Part shown: in pieces, positions 8,851-17,835 of the stretch | How positions within the stretch are numbered: position 1 is the first letter of the stretch | Layout: each line of letters opens with the position of its first letter | Assembly (NCBI GenBank): GCA_037129835.1 | Contig: JBAXUE010000005.1 | Location: 13,975 to 77,974 of the forward strand | From: a bacterium | GTDB lineage: Bacteria > Patescibacteriota > CPR2 > UBA1875 > CAIMLA01 | Length of the DNA: 64,000 bases | Direction of reading: 5' to 3' | Position numbers and translations under genes: made by a program | The notes under the pieces: model-generated | What the model was told of the DNA's origin: nothing | Databases searched by the model: none | Seen by the model: only the letters and a program-made list of their open reading frames with translations

Positions 8851-10734
8851 ATGAAGCAAGAATTAAAAAAAGAACTTGATCTAATATATAATTATTTTTG
8901 GCTGGAAAATGGTCTAGTTACTTTGTTTATATTTACAATGGCTATAAAGGCAATATTACTGAACTTTATAATAACCGATAATCTACCTGTTATATTTATC
9001 GACGGAGCGGTAGGTAATATACTTATCTGTTTCTTTATCTTGTATTTACCATTATTTTTCGTGAAAAAACCAAAAAATATATTAGCGATATTATTAACAA
9101 CCGCATTAACGGTTATCTTGATTGCCGATTTGATATATTACCGATATTTCAATATATTTTTATCTATTTCTCAGTTAGCAGTCTCTAAGCAAGCTTTTAG
9201 TGTTGTGCCGGCGATAATAGATAAATTTAAAATAATAGATTTATTATTTTTCTCGGATGTGATTATTGGGACAATCTTATTATTTACGAACAAAAAGGAA
9301 AAATATATAGTAACAAGAAGTAATAGTAAACAAATGGTTATTTTGCTATTTGCAATATTGCTGACATCAAGTATTTATCTTTTAGTTCTTAATAATAATG
9401 TATATGGCTCAGATTTAAAGACTAATTATTTTTCCAGTCATTTTATGTCATTGAGGTTCGGTTATTTTGGAACTCATTTAATTGAAACATGGATGTTTCT
9501 ACAAGAAAAAGAAGTAAAAATAACTTCTAATGAGAAGAAAGAAGTAAAAGATTTTATTTCTAATAATTCAATAAAACAAAAAGACAATCAATTTACCGGT
9601 ATCGCGAAAAACAAAAATATTATTATGATTCAAGTAGAGTCACTTACGAGTGCTGTTATAGGTAAGACCGTTGAGGGACAAGAAATCACCCCCAATATCA
9701 ATAATCTTATTGATGGGTCATATTACTACTCGAATCATTATACTCAAATTGCTGCGGGGGGGACATCTGATACAGATTTGGCAGTAAATACTTCGTTATA
9801 CCCTTTACAAAAAGAGCCTGCATTCGTTTTTTATGGAAATGTAAATTATAGCTCTTTGGCTAATGATTTAGTTAATGACAATTACCATACTTATTCCTAT
9901 CATGGATATGATGCAGATTTTTGGAATAGGAAGGTTGCTTTCTTATCTCTAGGTTACGAAAATTCATTTTTCGGTAATACCTACGATAAGTTAAATATAA
10001 GTATGAACATGGGCATTAACGACAAAAATTTTTTTGATCAAACATTAATAAAAATGAAAGACCAGTTAGAACCATATTTCAGTTATATTATTACACTTTC
10101 AAGCCATACACCATATTCCATTACAAAAGAAGATAGTTATCTAAAAATAGATGAAAAAAAATATTCAAATGACGGGTATGGATATATGCAGAACATTCGT
10201 TATACTGATCAGGCAATAGGTGATTTTTTAACTAAACTTAAAAATAATGATCAATATGAAGATAGTCTGATATTATTGTATGGCGACCATGGACCGGCTA
10301 TAGATAGTCTCATTTTTGATAAGGGACGTTTAGATAAAAATAATCCAAACCTTTTTGGTGTTCCGCTTGTTGTCAAACTTCCAAATCAAAAAGTAGCAGA
10401 AGTTAATGATATCGCATCATCTCATTTAGATATTATGCCAACAGTTTTGAATTTAGTTGGTATCAAATCGAATTCCAACATGTTTGGAAGGGATTTATTC
10501 GGTTCAGAAGAACCGTGGTTTGAAGTAATGGATCATTATTTCAAAAAATCTTATATAAAAGGTGATCTAAAATTAACTATAAGTAATTCTGAAGAAAAAC
10601 AATGTTTTGTGCGTATTAACAAAACTTATCAAGGGATTAATTTAAGTAGGTGTGATTCTGTTGTTGGTAACTTATTAAATATAAGAGAAAATACTGAAAA
10701 ATTGATAAAGAATAATCTTTTTAGTCTTAAATAA
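8851..10734 (+). CDS. LTA-synthase/sulfatase family membrane protein (alkaline-phosphatase superfamily)
   Basis: Five N-terminal TM helices. Extracytoplasmic domain with SSHTPY and LLYGDHGP motifs typical of LtaS/MdoB-type enzymes. Confidence 0.65.
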   Translation: MKQELKKELDLIYNYFWLENGLVTLFIFTMAIKAILLNFIITDNLPVIFIDGAVGNILICFFILYLPLFFVKKPKNILAILLTTALTVILIADLIYYRYFNIFLSISQLAVSKQAFSVVPAIIDKFKIIDLLFFSDVIIGTILLFTNKKEKYIVTRSNSKQMVILLFAILLTSSIYLLVLNNNVYGSDLKTNYFSSHFMSLRFGYFGTHLIETWMFLQEKEVKITSNEKKEVKDFISNNSIKQKDNQFTGIAKNKNIIMIQVESLTSAVIGKTVEGQEITPNINNLIDGSYYYSNHYTQIAAGGTSDTDLAVNTSLYPLQKEPAFVFYGNVNYSSLANDLVNDNYHTYSYHGYDADFWNRKVAFLSLGYENSFFGNTYDKLNISMNMGINDKNFFDQTLIKMKDQLEPYFSYIITLSSHTPYSITKEDSYLKIDEKKYSNDGYGYMQNIRYTDQAIGDFLTKLKNNDQYEDSLILLYGDHGPAIDSLIFDKGRLDKNNPNLFGVPLVVKLPNQKVAEVNDIASSHLDIMPTVLNLVGIKSNSNMFGRDLFGSEEPWFEVMDHYFKKSYIKGDLKLTISNSEEKQCFVRINKTYQGINLSRCDSVVGNLLNIRENTEKLIKNNLFSLK

Positions 10735-10749
10735 CTATTGATTTATTCT

Positions 10750-11285
10750 CAAATATATAGTAAAATCCCATCTTGTGCGCGATAGCGCACGTATATATTT
10801 GGTGGGGTAGTTTTAACTACTAGAACGACTTAATTAATCTCGGTAACAGGGGTGGGCGCGCGCATGAAATGGGGGTGCGTGCTCATTTCTCCCTTGCGGA
10901 GATAATAGTTAAGTAAGTGGGGGTGAAAGGCCCTTCCCTGCCACCAATTTCCCTATCTGCCACTTTATGTGGTTTGTACCTGTCGCTTTTGCGACGAAAC
11001 TAGGCTTTCCTCGTCGAGAATCTCTCGACGAAAGAAAGAAGCCGTCTTCGGTTGAATGGTCGCAGGGCGATCAGAACCTAACTGACGGCGTCAGTAAGTC
11101 TCTTTCGGCTTTCGCCGGCCGCTTGAGAATCTGCTCTCTGTGTCGGCGGGTACCAGAACCCCTGGCACGTCAGTGCGCAAACGATGCAAGTATTTGCTCG
11201 CAAACCGCACACTGGCCCCAAAGGTCTTCGCTTGAGTAATCAGCGAAGGCCCGAGGGGCCTTTCGCATTAAAATATTAGATTTTT
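10750..11285. other. GC-rich hairpin-dense non-coding island; candidate structured ncRNA (unassigned)
   Basis: ~55% GC against ~35% background. Many perfect short hairpins (CGTCGAGA-atc-TCTCGACG, CTGACG-g-CGTCAG, GTCGC-tttt-GCGAC, CCAC-tttat-GTGG, GGCCC-gag-GGGCC). Only a 90-aa low-complexity ORF. No RNase P P4 or SRP consensus found. Confidence 0.3.
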
Positions 11286-11509
11286 GTCATCCTTGCGAAG
11301 GCGAGGATCTCTGAGGTAATAAGAATTAATTTGATTTTGATTATTTTCTATTATCTATTTTCTCTTGAAAAAAAATGGAGTTAAGTTCAAGAAAAATCGA
11401 ACTCCTTCGTCTCTGCACTGAATTTTCAAACAAATTGAATAATTCCTTACATTCGACGATAGTTGGGTGTGTGGCACCGAAGCGATTTTTCATAAAAAGT
11501 AAAAGAATA

Positions 11510-12223
11510 TTACCTAGGTTTTTTAATAGCCGTCGTGGTAAGATTCGGTCCTAATAAAAACCAAAATTTATGTTTAAATCCAGATGTTTGGATTTGAGTA
11601 AATCCTGTTTTCCTTAAGAGCTGTTTCATCTCTGTTTTGGTCCAAGCATGAAAGTACCTGGTAGTCGTAACGATCGTGTCTGATCTTTTCCAAGGCATAA
11701 AAAAATCTCCAAGTGGGAGCTTGTTATCTGATAAGAAAGAGGCCCGGATTTGTTTGAGATATTTCGATTTATTCCAAAAATACCAATTTGTAAAAAATAT
11801 TTGTCCTCCTGGTCTAAGTATTCTTGATATCTCTTTGAGAGCTTCTATTCGTAACTCCTTACTCGGAATGTGGTGAAGAGTAGCGATACAATAGATGACA
11901 TCAAATTGGCCGTCTTCAAAAGGAGTTTTGAGCAGATTGCCAGCCACAAAATCGCCTTTTGGATATTTATTTTTGGCGATTTTGATTAAGTCGGGGCTTA
12001 GATCAAGTCCTGTATATCGAGCACCCTTCGACGTAAGGAATTCGTAAAGACGTCCATTTCCACATCCAAGGTCTAGAACATTCATATTTTTGAGCGCAAA
12101 TGATTCCGTGGCTTTTTCTATATCCGCCCATACATAATAACGAGTCCTAGAAAAGTGTTCCGATATTAGGTTATAATCATCACGGGTCTTAGTTATTAAA
12201 TTGTGAGCATATTTTTTATTCAT
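11510..12223 (-). CDS. class I SAM-dependent methyltransferase
   Basis: VLDLGCGNGRL (motif I) and DVIYC (motif II). Confidence 0.75.
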   Translation of the reverse strand: MNKKYAHNLITKTRDDYNLISEHFSRTRYYVWADIEKATESFALKNMNVLDLGCGNGRLYEFLTSKGARYTGLDLSPDLIKIAKNKYPKGDFVAGNLLKTPFEDGQFDVIYCIATLHHIPSKELRIEALKEISRILRPGGQIFFTNWYFWNKSKYLKQIRASFLSDNKLPLGDFFMPWKRSDTIVTTTRYFHAWTKTEMKQLLRKTGFTQIQTSGFKHKFWFLLGPNLTTTAIKKPR

Positions 12224-13901
12224 GAATATTAAAGAAGAAATTATTTATAAATTATTGGAAGCAAAAGCTTGTACACGAGGCGATTTTACTCGTGTGGTCG
12301 CTTCGGTGTATAAAAATGATAACACAAGCGGGTACCATTCGAATATGGAATTACGTTCTACGTACCAAATGCTTGTTGATTCTGGCGATATCGAAATAAA
12401 CGAAAACCTAGAAAAACTACTGATCACCAAAAAGATGCGTTCGCTCTCTGGAGTCTCCGTTATCACAGTTCTAACGAAACCGTATCCTTGCCCGGGTAAC
12501 TGTATATATTGCCCTACTGTAAAGAATGTTCCAAAGAGCTATTTGCCAGATGAGCCGGCAGTAATGAGGGCAATTCTCAATGATTATGACCCCAAGAAAC
12601 AAGTAGAAACTAGGATGGAATCCCTGGTCGGGCAAGGCCATCCTGTTGAGAAGGTGGAGTTAATCATAATAGGCGGTACTTTTTCACATTTACCCAAATC
12701 TTATCAGGAAGAGTTTGCGAAAAGTTGCTTTGATGCGCTAAACGGAAGCGTGTCAAAAAATTTGGTGGAGGCCAAAAAGTTAAATGAATTATCTATATCT
12801 CGATGTGTTGGCTTAACATTGGAAACCAGGCCTGACCATATTACAAAAGAAGAGGTGAAATGGTTTCGATATCTGGGCGCTACCAGAGTTGAGTTAGGTG
12901 TCCAAACTATCTATAACAATATTCTGCAGTTAAATAATCGTGGTGAAAAAATAGAAGACACTGTTCGAGCGACGAAACTGTTAAAAGACGCTGGATTTAA
13001 AATTTGTTATCACCTGATGCCAAATCTTTATGGCTCAGATTTGAAGAAAGATAAGCAAATGTTTGTTGAAATTTTCAACAATTCAGATTTTTGTCCAGAC
13101 TACATCAAAATATATCCCTGTATGGTAATTAATGGCACTGAACTATATAAACTTTGGCAAGAAGGAAAATATACATCATATACAGATGAAGAGTTATCAG
13201 AATTAATTTGCGATATCAAAAGAGAAGTACCTTATTGGATTAGGATTATGAGAACTATCCGTGATATTCCTGCGGGTAATATAGAATCAGGCTCTAAGGT
13301 GTCCAATATGCGCCAAAACATCCTTAAACAGGCAGAGGATGAGGGCTGGAAATGTCATTGTATTCGCTGTCGTGAAATTGGCGCAGGTCCGGCTTATTCT
13401 TCTTCGTCATCCTCATTCGAGCCTGAGCGAAGAGGTTCTCAGGCCTCAGAGCCGAATGGCCTGGTCACAAACCCAGGGATCTCTGACGGTCCATCCGAAG
13501 GAGATCTTCACCTTCGTAAGGATGACAAACCGATTATGTTTACAGACAAATACGATGCCAGTGAGGGAACAGAATACTTCTTAAGTTTCGAAGATGAAAA
13601 AAGAGAAAACCTTTATTCCTTACTCAGATTGAGATTAACGAACAACCAAACTATTGATGCTATTAGAAACTGCGCGATTATTCGAGAAGTACATACATAT
13701 GGTAAGGAAGTTGAGATTGGCAAAAAGGGGGACAATCAACACAAAGGATATGGCAGAAGGTTGATTGAAGAGGCTGAGAAGATTGCTAAATCTAATGAAT
13801 ACAAACAGATAGCGGTAATATCGGGGATCGGTGCCCGCGACTATTATCGCAAATTTGGTTATGAAGTTGTAGGCGAATACATGGTTAAAGAGTTGACATA
13901 G
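12222..13901 (+). CDS. Elp3-like radical SAM / GNAT acetyltransferase (tRNA wobble-uridine modification family)
   Basis: CPGNCIYCP radical-SAM cysteine triad, CHCIRCREIG, YDASEGTEYFLSFED and QHKGYGRRLIEEAE GNAT motif. Carries an in-frame ~120-bp GC-rich element (13405..13527). Confidence 0.8.
   Translation: MNIKEEIIYKLLEAKACTRGDFTRVVASVYKNDNTSGYHSNMELRSTYQMLVDSGDIEINENLEKLLITKKMRSLSGVSVITVLTKPYPCPGNCIYCPTVKNVPKSYLPDEPAVMRAILNDYDPKKQVETRMESLVGQGHPVEKVELIIIGGTFSHLPKSYQEEFAKSCFDALNGSVSKNLVEAKKLNELSISRCVGLTLETRPDHITKEEVKWFRYLGATRVELGVQTIYNNILQLNNRGEKIEDTVRATKLLKDAGFKICYHLMPNLYGSDLKKDKQMFVEIFNNSDFCPDYIKIYPCMVINGTELYKLWQEGKYTSYTDEELSELICDIKREVPYWIRIMRTIRDIPAGNIESGSKVSNMRQNILKQAEDEGWKCHCIRCREIGAGPAYSSSSSSFEPERRGSQASEPNGLVTNPGISDGPSEGDLHLRKDDKPIMFTDKYDASEGTEYFLSFEDEKRENLYSLLRLRLTNNQTIDAIRNCAIIREVHTYGKEVEIGKKGDNQHKGYGRRLIEEAEKIAKSNEYKQIAVISGIGARDYYRKFGYEVVGEYMVKELT
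13405..13527. mobile_element. RPE-like palindromic element inserted in-frame in the Elp3-like gene
   Basis: GTCATCC...CTGGTCACAAACCCAGGGATCTCT...TTCGTAAGGATGAC with inverted termini. GC-rich, encodes an S/G/P-rich peptide. Near-identical copy inside the AlkD-like gene. Confidence 0.5.
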
Positions 13902-13986
13902 CCTAAAAATATGTTAAAATAATCATCGAGTGATTCTAATCGGAATCAACTGGTAACAAACCGCCTATTATAGGGAGGTAAACCCA

Positions 13987-14331
13987 ATGGGTTTCCTAGA
14001 TAGTATTCTCGAAGTCGTCAAGAAGGCAGCAGTTGCAGCCATAACTCCGATCGTTGAGATTAACGTTTTGAAGGAGGACAGCGCATATGTAGCTATCTAT
14101 ACGACGGTATTGCCGACGTCAGCTTTCGGGCACGAGTGCTACGTTATCCGTCAAGGAAACGCTGCAATCACTATTGCTGGCATGTCCCGCAATGCACAAG
14201 TTCGTCTCGAGGCAAAGGTTCGCGAGACGTTTCGCAACACCCCGGAACCCGGCCTTATGGCTTTTCTGGAGGAGATTGTTTCCACAATGAAAGAGCTCGC
14301 CAATGGCGGACGTCTCTCTGGAGCTATCTAA
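13987..14331 (+). CDS. hypothetical protein (GC-rich)
   Basis: GGGAGG RBS. ~52% GC. No motifs. Confidence 0.45.
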   Translation: MGFLDSILEVVKKAAVAAITPIVEINVLKEDSAYVAIYTTVLPTSAFGHECYVIRQGNAAITIAGMSRNAQVRLEAKVRETFRNTPEPGLMAFLEEIVSTMKELANGGRLSGAI

Positions 14332-14336
14332 TACGG

Positions 14337-14390
14337 GCCCACACCCAGCACTGCTTTGGCAGTCTGCTCCGTGTGGGCTTTCTGCTTTTT
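14337..14390 (+). terminator. terminator-like hairpin
   Basis: GCCCACAC...GTGTGGGC stem followed by TTTCTGCTTTTT. Confidence 0.45.
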
Positions 14391-14462
14391 CAGACTCGAC
14401 GTAATTGTGAAATTATGATATAATTTTGCAGTTACATTGAGTTATTCTTCGAGTTTAGGAGA

Positions 14463-14490
14463 AGTTCTCACTAAACGTTCGAACAATAAC
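14463..14490 (-). promoter_or_regulatory. AGTTCTCAC-TAAAC-GTTCGAACAATAAC motif copy (reverse orientation), 20 nt upstream of typA
   Basis: Reverse complement reads ATTGTTCGAAC-GTTTA-GTGAGAACT, the same family as 2031/2343. Confidence 0.45.
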
Positions 14491-14510
14491 TTTTTATTTT
14501 GGAGAAAACT

Positions 14511-16328
14511 ATGAATATTAGAAACATCGCGATAATTGCTCACGTTGACCATGGCAAGACCACTCTTGTTGATGGCTTTTTGAAACAGACTAAACTTTTT
14601 CGTGAAAACGAAGCCTTGATGAGCCAATCTCTCATTATGGACTCTAGTGATCAAGAGCACGAAAGAGGTATTACAATAACTGCAAAGAATACCGCGGTTG
14701 TTTATAATGAAATTAAGATAAATATTGTCGATACTCCAGGCCACGCTGATTTTGGTGGCGAAGTTGAACGTACTCTAAATATGGCAGATGGCGCGATACT
14801 CGTTGTTGACGCCCAAGAAGGCCCAATGCCTCAGACTAAGTTTGTTTTACGTAAAGCCCTCGAACTGGGTCTCAAAATGATAGTTGTTATCAATAAAATC
14901 GACAAAAAAGATGCCAGAGTCGGCTACGTTATAGATAAAATACATGATCTCTTTCTTGATCTTGCGACCGATATGGATCAGCTTGAGTTTCCTGTATACT
15001 ACGCCATTGCCAAAGAAGGTAAATCTTGGGCAGAGATGCCAAATGATTTCTCAGAGCCAGCCGACTTGTCACCGATTTTTGATGCAATTATAAAATACAT
15101 CCCGGCACCAGATGCTGACAAAAATAAACCATTCCAGATGTTGGTAACCACTCTTGAGAGAGACAGCTACCAAGGCAAGTATGCTATTGGTAGAATTACT
15201 CGTGGATTCGCAAAACCAGGTCAGTCAGTAACTCTTATTTCTCGCGATGGTACAGTGGAAAACACACGAATTGATAAAGTATATATCAGCCAAGGTCTAA
15301 AAAAGGTTGAAGTGGTAACAGCAGAACCTGGCGACATTGTTTCACTTACAGGTATTAAAAATGCCTGTATCGGTGATACTTTGGCCGACTCTACCTTACC
15401 AGAAGCTTTGCCGACAATATCTATAGAAGAGCCGACTCTCAAAATGTCGGTTTCTGCGAATACTTCTCCTTTTGCAGGACGCGAAGGAAAATTTGTTACT
15501 GGACGTCAGATTTTGGACCGTATCAACAAAGAACTGGAAATAAACGTTTCATTAAAAATGGAAATTGGCGAAGAAGGCGATTACATCCTCTCGGGCCGCG
15601 GCGAACTACATTTGTCGGTATTCATCGAAACTCTACGTCGTGAAGGTTTTGAGCTTCAGGTTGGTAAACCCCAAGTAATTGTAAAAGAAATAGATGGCGT
15701 TAGGTGTGAGCCAGTTGAAGAATTAACAGTAGACGTAGCCACTGAATATGTTGGAGCCGCTACAGGTGAAGTTGGTCGCCGAAAAGGCGTTTTACTCGCC
15801 CAGCTTGATAATTCTGACGGAACAAGCCGTCTCGATTTTGAGATTACTACTCGTGGTACTTTGGGTCTCAGAAACCAGCTTCTTACTATGTCCAAGGGTA
15901 CTGCTGTGACAAATTCACTGTTTTTGCGCTTTGATCCTCTTGGTGGTTCTATGCCTAGATTACGAAACGGCGTTCTTATCGCTTCCGAATCGGGCAAAGC
16001 GGTTACTTATGGCCTTAATAATGCTCAGGCAAGAGGGACGGTATTTATCGGACCACAGATACAAGTTTATACAGGCATGATTGTCGGATTAAACACGCGC
16101 GATGAGGATATAGAGATAAATGTTACTCGTGAGAAAAAATTAACGAATACTCGGGCATCTGGCTCAGATGATACTCTTGCCCTGACTCCTCCAACTATTT
16201 TTAGCCTAGAGCAGTCACTAGACTTTCTTGAAGACGATGAGCTTCTAGAAGTGACGCCAGTAAGTCTGAGACTTAGAAAAAAATATTTAGATGGAAACGT
16301 GCGCAACCGATTGCGCAAAAGTAGCTAA
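14511..16328 (+). CDS. typA: translational GTPase TypA/BipA
   Basis: [31 protein letters not shown] and NKID G-motifs. ATG with GGAG RBS. Confidence 0.85.
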   Translation: MNIRNIAIIAHVDHGKTTLVDGFLKQTKLFRENEALMSQSLIMDSSDQEHERGITITAKNTAVVYNEIKINIVDTPGHADFGGEVERTLNMADGAILVVDAQEGPMPQTKFVLRKALELGLKMIVVINKIDKKDARVGYVIDKIHDLFLDLATDMDQLEFPVYYAIAKEGKSWAEMPNDFSEPADLSPIFDAIIKYIPAPDADKNKPFQMLVTTLERDSYQGKYAIGRITRGFAKPGQSVTLISRDGTVENTRIDKVYISQGLKKVEVVTAEPGDIVSLTGIKNACIGDTLADSTLPEALPTISIEEPTLKMSVSANTSPFAGREGKFVTGRQILDRINKELEINVSLKMEIGEEGDYILSGRGELHLSVFIETLRREGFELQVGKPQVIVKEIDGVRCEPVEELTVDVATEYVGAATGEVGRRKGVLLAQLDNSDGTSRLDFEITTRGTLGLRNQLLTMSKGTAVTNSLFLRFDPLGGSMPRLRNGVLIASESGKAVTYGLNNAQARGTVFIGPQIQVYTGMIVGLNTRDEDIEINVTREKKLTNTRASGSDDTLALTPPTIFSLEQSLDFLEDDELLEVTPVSLRLRKKYLDGNVRNRLRKSS

Positions 16329-16369
16329 TACTAACTTAACACGTTAAGCCCATTACAAACTTTATTTCC

Positions 16370-16398
16370 TTGACAAGGGTATTAAGTGTTATTAAGCT
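16370..16398 (+). promoter_or_regulatory. candidate promoter TTGACA-N17-TAAGCT
   Basis: Shares ...GTTATTAAGCTTA... with the promoter of the paralogue at 17767. Confidence 0.35.
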
Positions 16399-16440
16399 TA
16401 GACTAATAACCCTCGTACTTAGTGATTTTAAAGGAGGAAA

Positions 16441-17688
16441 ATGGCTACTGAAGAAGATAAAGGAATTAAACCGCTAGAGGCTGTAGAAACAACTGATAAT
16501 ATGGAGTTCGCCCCAGCCAAAAAAGAAAAACTCAAAATACCCAAGAACTTATTTATACTGCTTCTAGTATGTGTCATCACAATACCAGGAGCATATTTAC
16601 TTTATAGATCATTTGCTTCAGTAACTCGGACGTTGGTTTGGAGCGACGAATTTGACGGTACTGCATTAAATTTAACTAATTGGAGAATGACAGCTCCTTG
16701 GGGAAATGTCGTCAATCCAAATGCAAAAGAACTAGAACACTATTATCCTAAAAATGTAACAGTTAGCGACAGTAACTTAAAATTTAATACAACTAACCTC
16801 GGAACAGATATTACTTATCCTTATGAATCAGGGGTAGTCACAACTAATTCCAAGTTCGGATATGGATACATCGAAATGAGAGCAAAGCTCCCAAAAGGAC
16901 AAGGAATCTGGCCGGCTCTATGGATGATTAATTTCGAAGACACTCACGAAATAGATATTTTCGAGATGCTTGGGAACGAACCAAATAAAGTATATATGAC
17001 ATATCATAATACCAATCAAGAAGTTTACCAATCTGAATATATTGGACCAGATTTTTCTGCTGACTATCATATTTTTGCGGTAGACTGGCAACCAACTTCA
17101 ATCACTTGGTATATAGATGGAGTCCAGAGAGGTCAATATACTGGGGCCATCAAGCCTGACCCTTTGTTTATTTGTGCAAATACTGCAGTTGGAGGTCTTT
17201 GGCCTGGTTCTCCAGATAGTACGACAGTATTCCCACAAAATTATTACATTGATTATATTAGATATTATCAACAGACTGATGCTGTCATCCCTACCCCCAC
17301 TTCTACACCTTCACCAACCGTTGCTCCCACGGCTACTCCGACCCCTACTCCTACACCAACCCCTACTATTACTCCTATTCCTACGCCCACTAAAGTTCTA
17401 ACACCCACCCCTACAATTACCCCAATGGCCGTTTCCATCTCAAGTCCCTTGAGCGGAGGAAAAGTAAGTACTACATCTCAGATTATTAAAGCAACCGTAA
17501 CAGGGCCTTATGCTGTCAAATCAGTAGTGTTCTATATAGACGGAGTAGTTAAGTCAACTGTAACTAAGTCCCCATATTCTTATACTTGGAAAACAACATC
17601 CGTTACTAGGGGAACCCATATTATCAAGGTCCAAGCTACTGATTCATTAGGCCGAACAGCCTACAAGCAGATAATAGTAACCAGATAA
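16441..17688 (+). CDS. glycoside hydrolase family 16 (beta-glucanase/laminarinase-like), membrane-anchored, PT-linker + Ig-like C-terminal domain
   Basis: HEIDIFEM matches the GH16 E-x-D-x-x-E catalytic motif. N-terminal signal-anchor. PTPTPTP linker. Confidence 0.75.
   Translation: MATEEDKGIKPLEAVETTDNMEFAPAKKEKLKIPKNLFILLLVCVITIPGAYLLYRSFASVTRTLVWSDEFDGTALNLTNWRMTAPWGNVVNPNAKELEHYYPKNVTVSDSNLKFNTTNLGTDITYPYESGVVTTNSKFGYGYIEMRAKLPKGQGIWPALWMINFEDTHEIDIFEMLGNEPNKVYMTYHNTNQEVYQSEYIGPDFSADYHIFAVDWQPTSITWYIDGVQRGQYTGAIKPDPLFICANTAVGGLWPGSPDSTTVFPQNYYIDYIRYYQQTDAVIPTPTSTPSPTVAPTATPTPTPTPTPTITPIPTPTKVLTPTPTITPMAVSISSPLSGGKVSTTSQIIKATVTGPYAVKSVVFYIDGVVKSTVTKSPYSYTWKTTSVTRGTHIIKVQATDSLGRTAYKQIIVTR
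17309..17681 (+). repeat. 373-bp direct repeat copy 1 (PT-linker + Ig-like domain coding)
   Basis: Identical by eye to 19979..20351. Confidence 0.85.
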
Positions 17689-17766
17689 TTTATCTTTGTG
17701 AGGAAGATGATACATCTTGGTCTTGATAAACGCGGCTATTTTTCCCTTTAATTAAACAAAAAATCA

Positions 17767-17795
17767 TTGACAACGATAGTGCATGTTATTAAGCT
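17767..17795 (+). promoter_or_regulatory. candidate promoter TTGACA-N17-TAAGCT
   Basis: Same architecture as 16370. Confidence 0.35.
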
Positions 17796-17835
17796 TAATC
17801 TAGTAACATGTATTATTGTATTTTGAAGGAGGACA

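Noticed and set aside
10967-11239. 90-aa ORF inside the GC-rich island
   Set aside because: R/S/C-rich with no RBS, embedded in hairpin-dense DNA. Treated as non-coding.
10750-11285. Assignment of the GC island to RNase P RNA, SRP RNA or tmRNA
   Set aside because: I searched both strands by eye for P4 GGAAAGUCC/ACAGAA, the SRP GGAAGCAGCC motif and a GGUUCGANUCC T-loop preceding CCA. None was present. A CUACCCCACCAA string on the minus strand is suggestive, but has no 7-nt T-loop.
14136-14423. Alternate-frame ORF overlapping hypothetical gene 13987..14331 and its terminator
   Set aside because: Frame-shifted shadow ORF of the GC-rich gene. It runs through the terminator hairpin.
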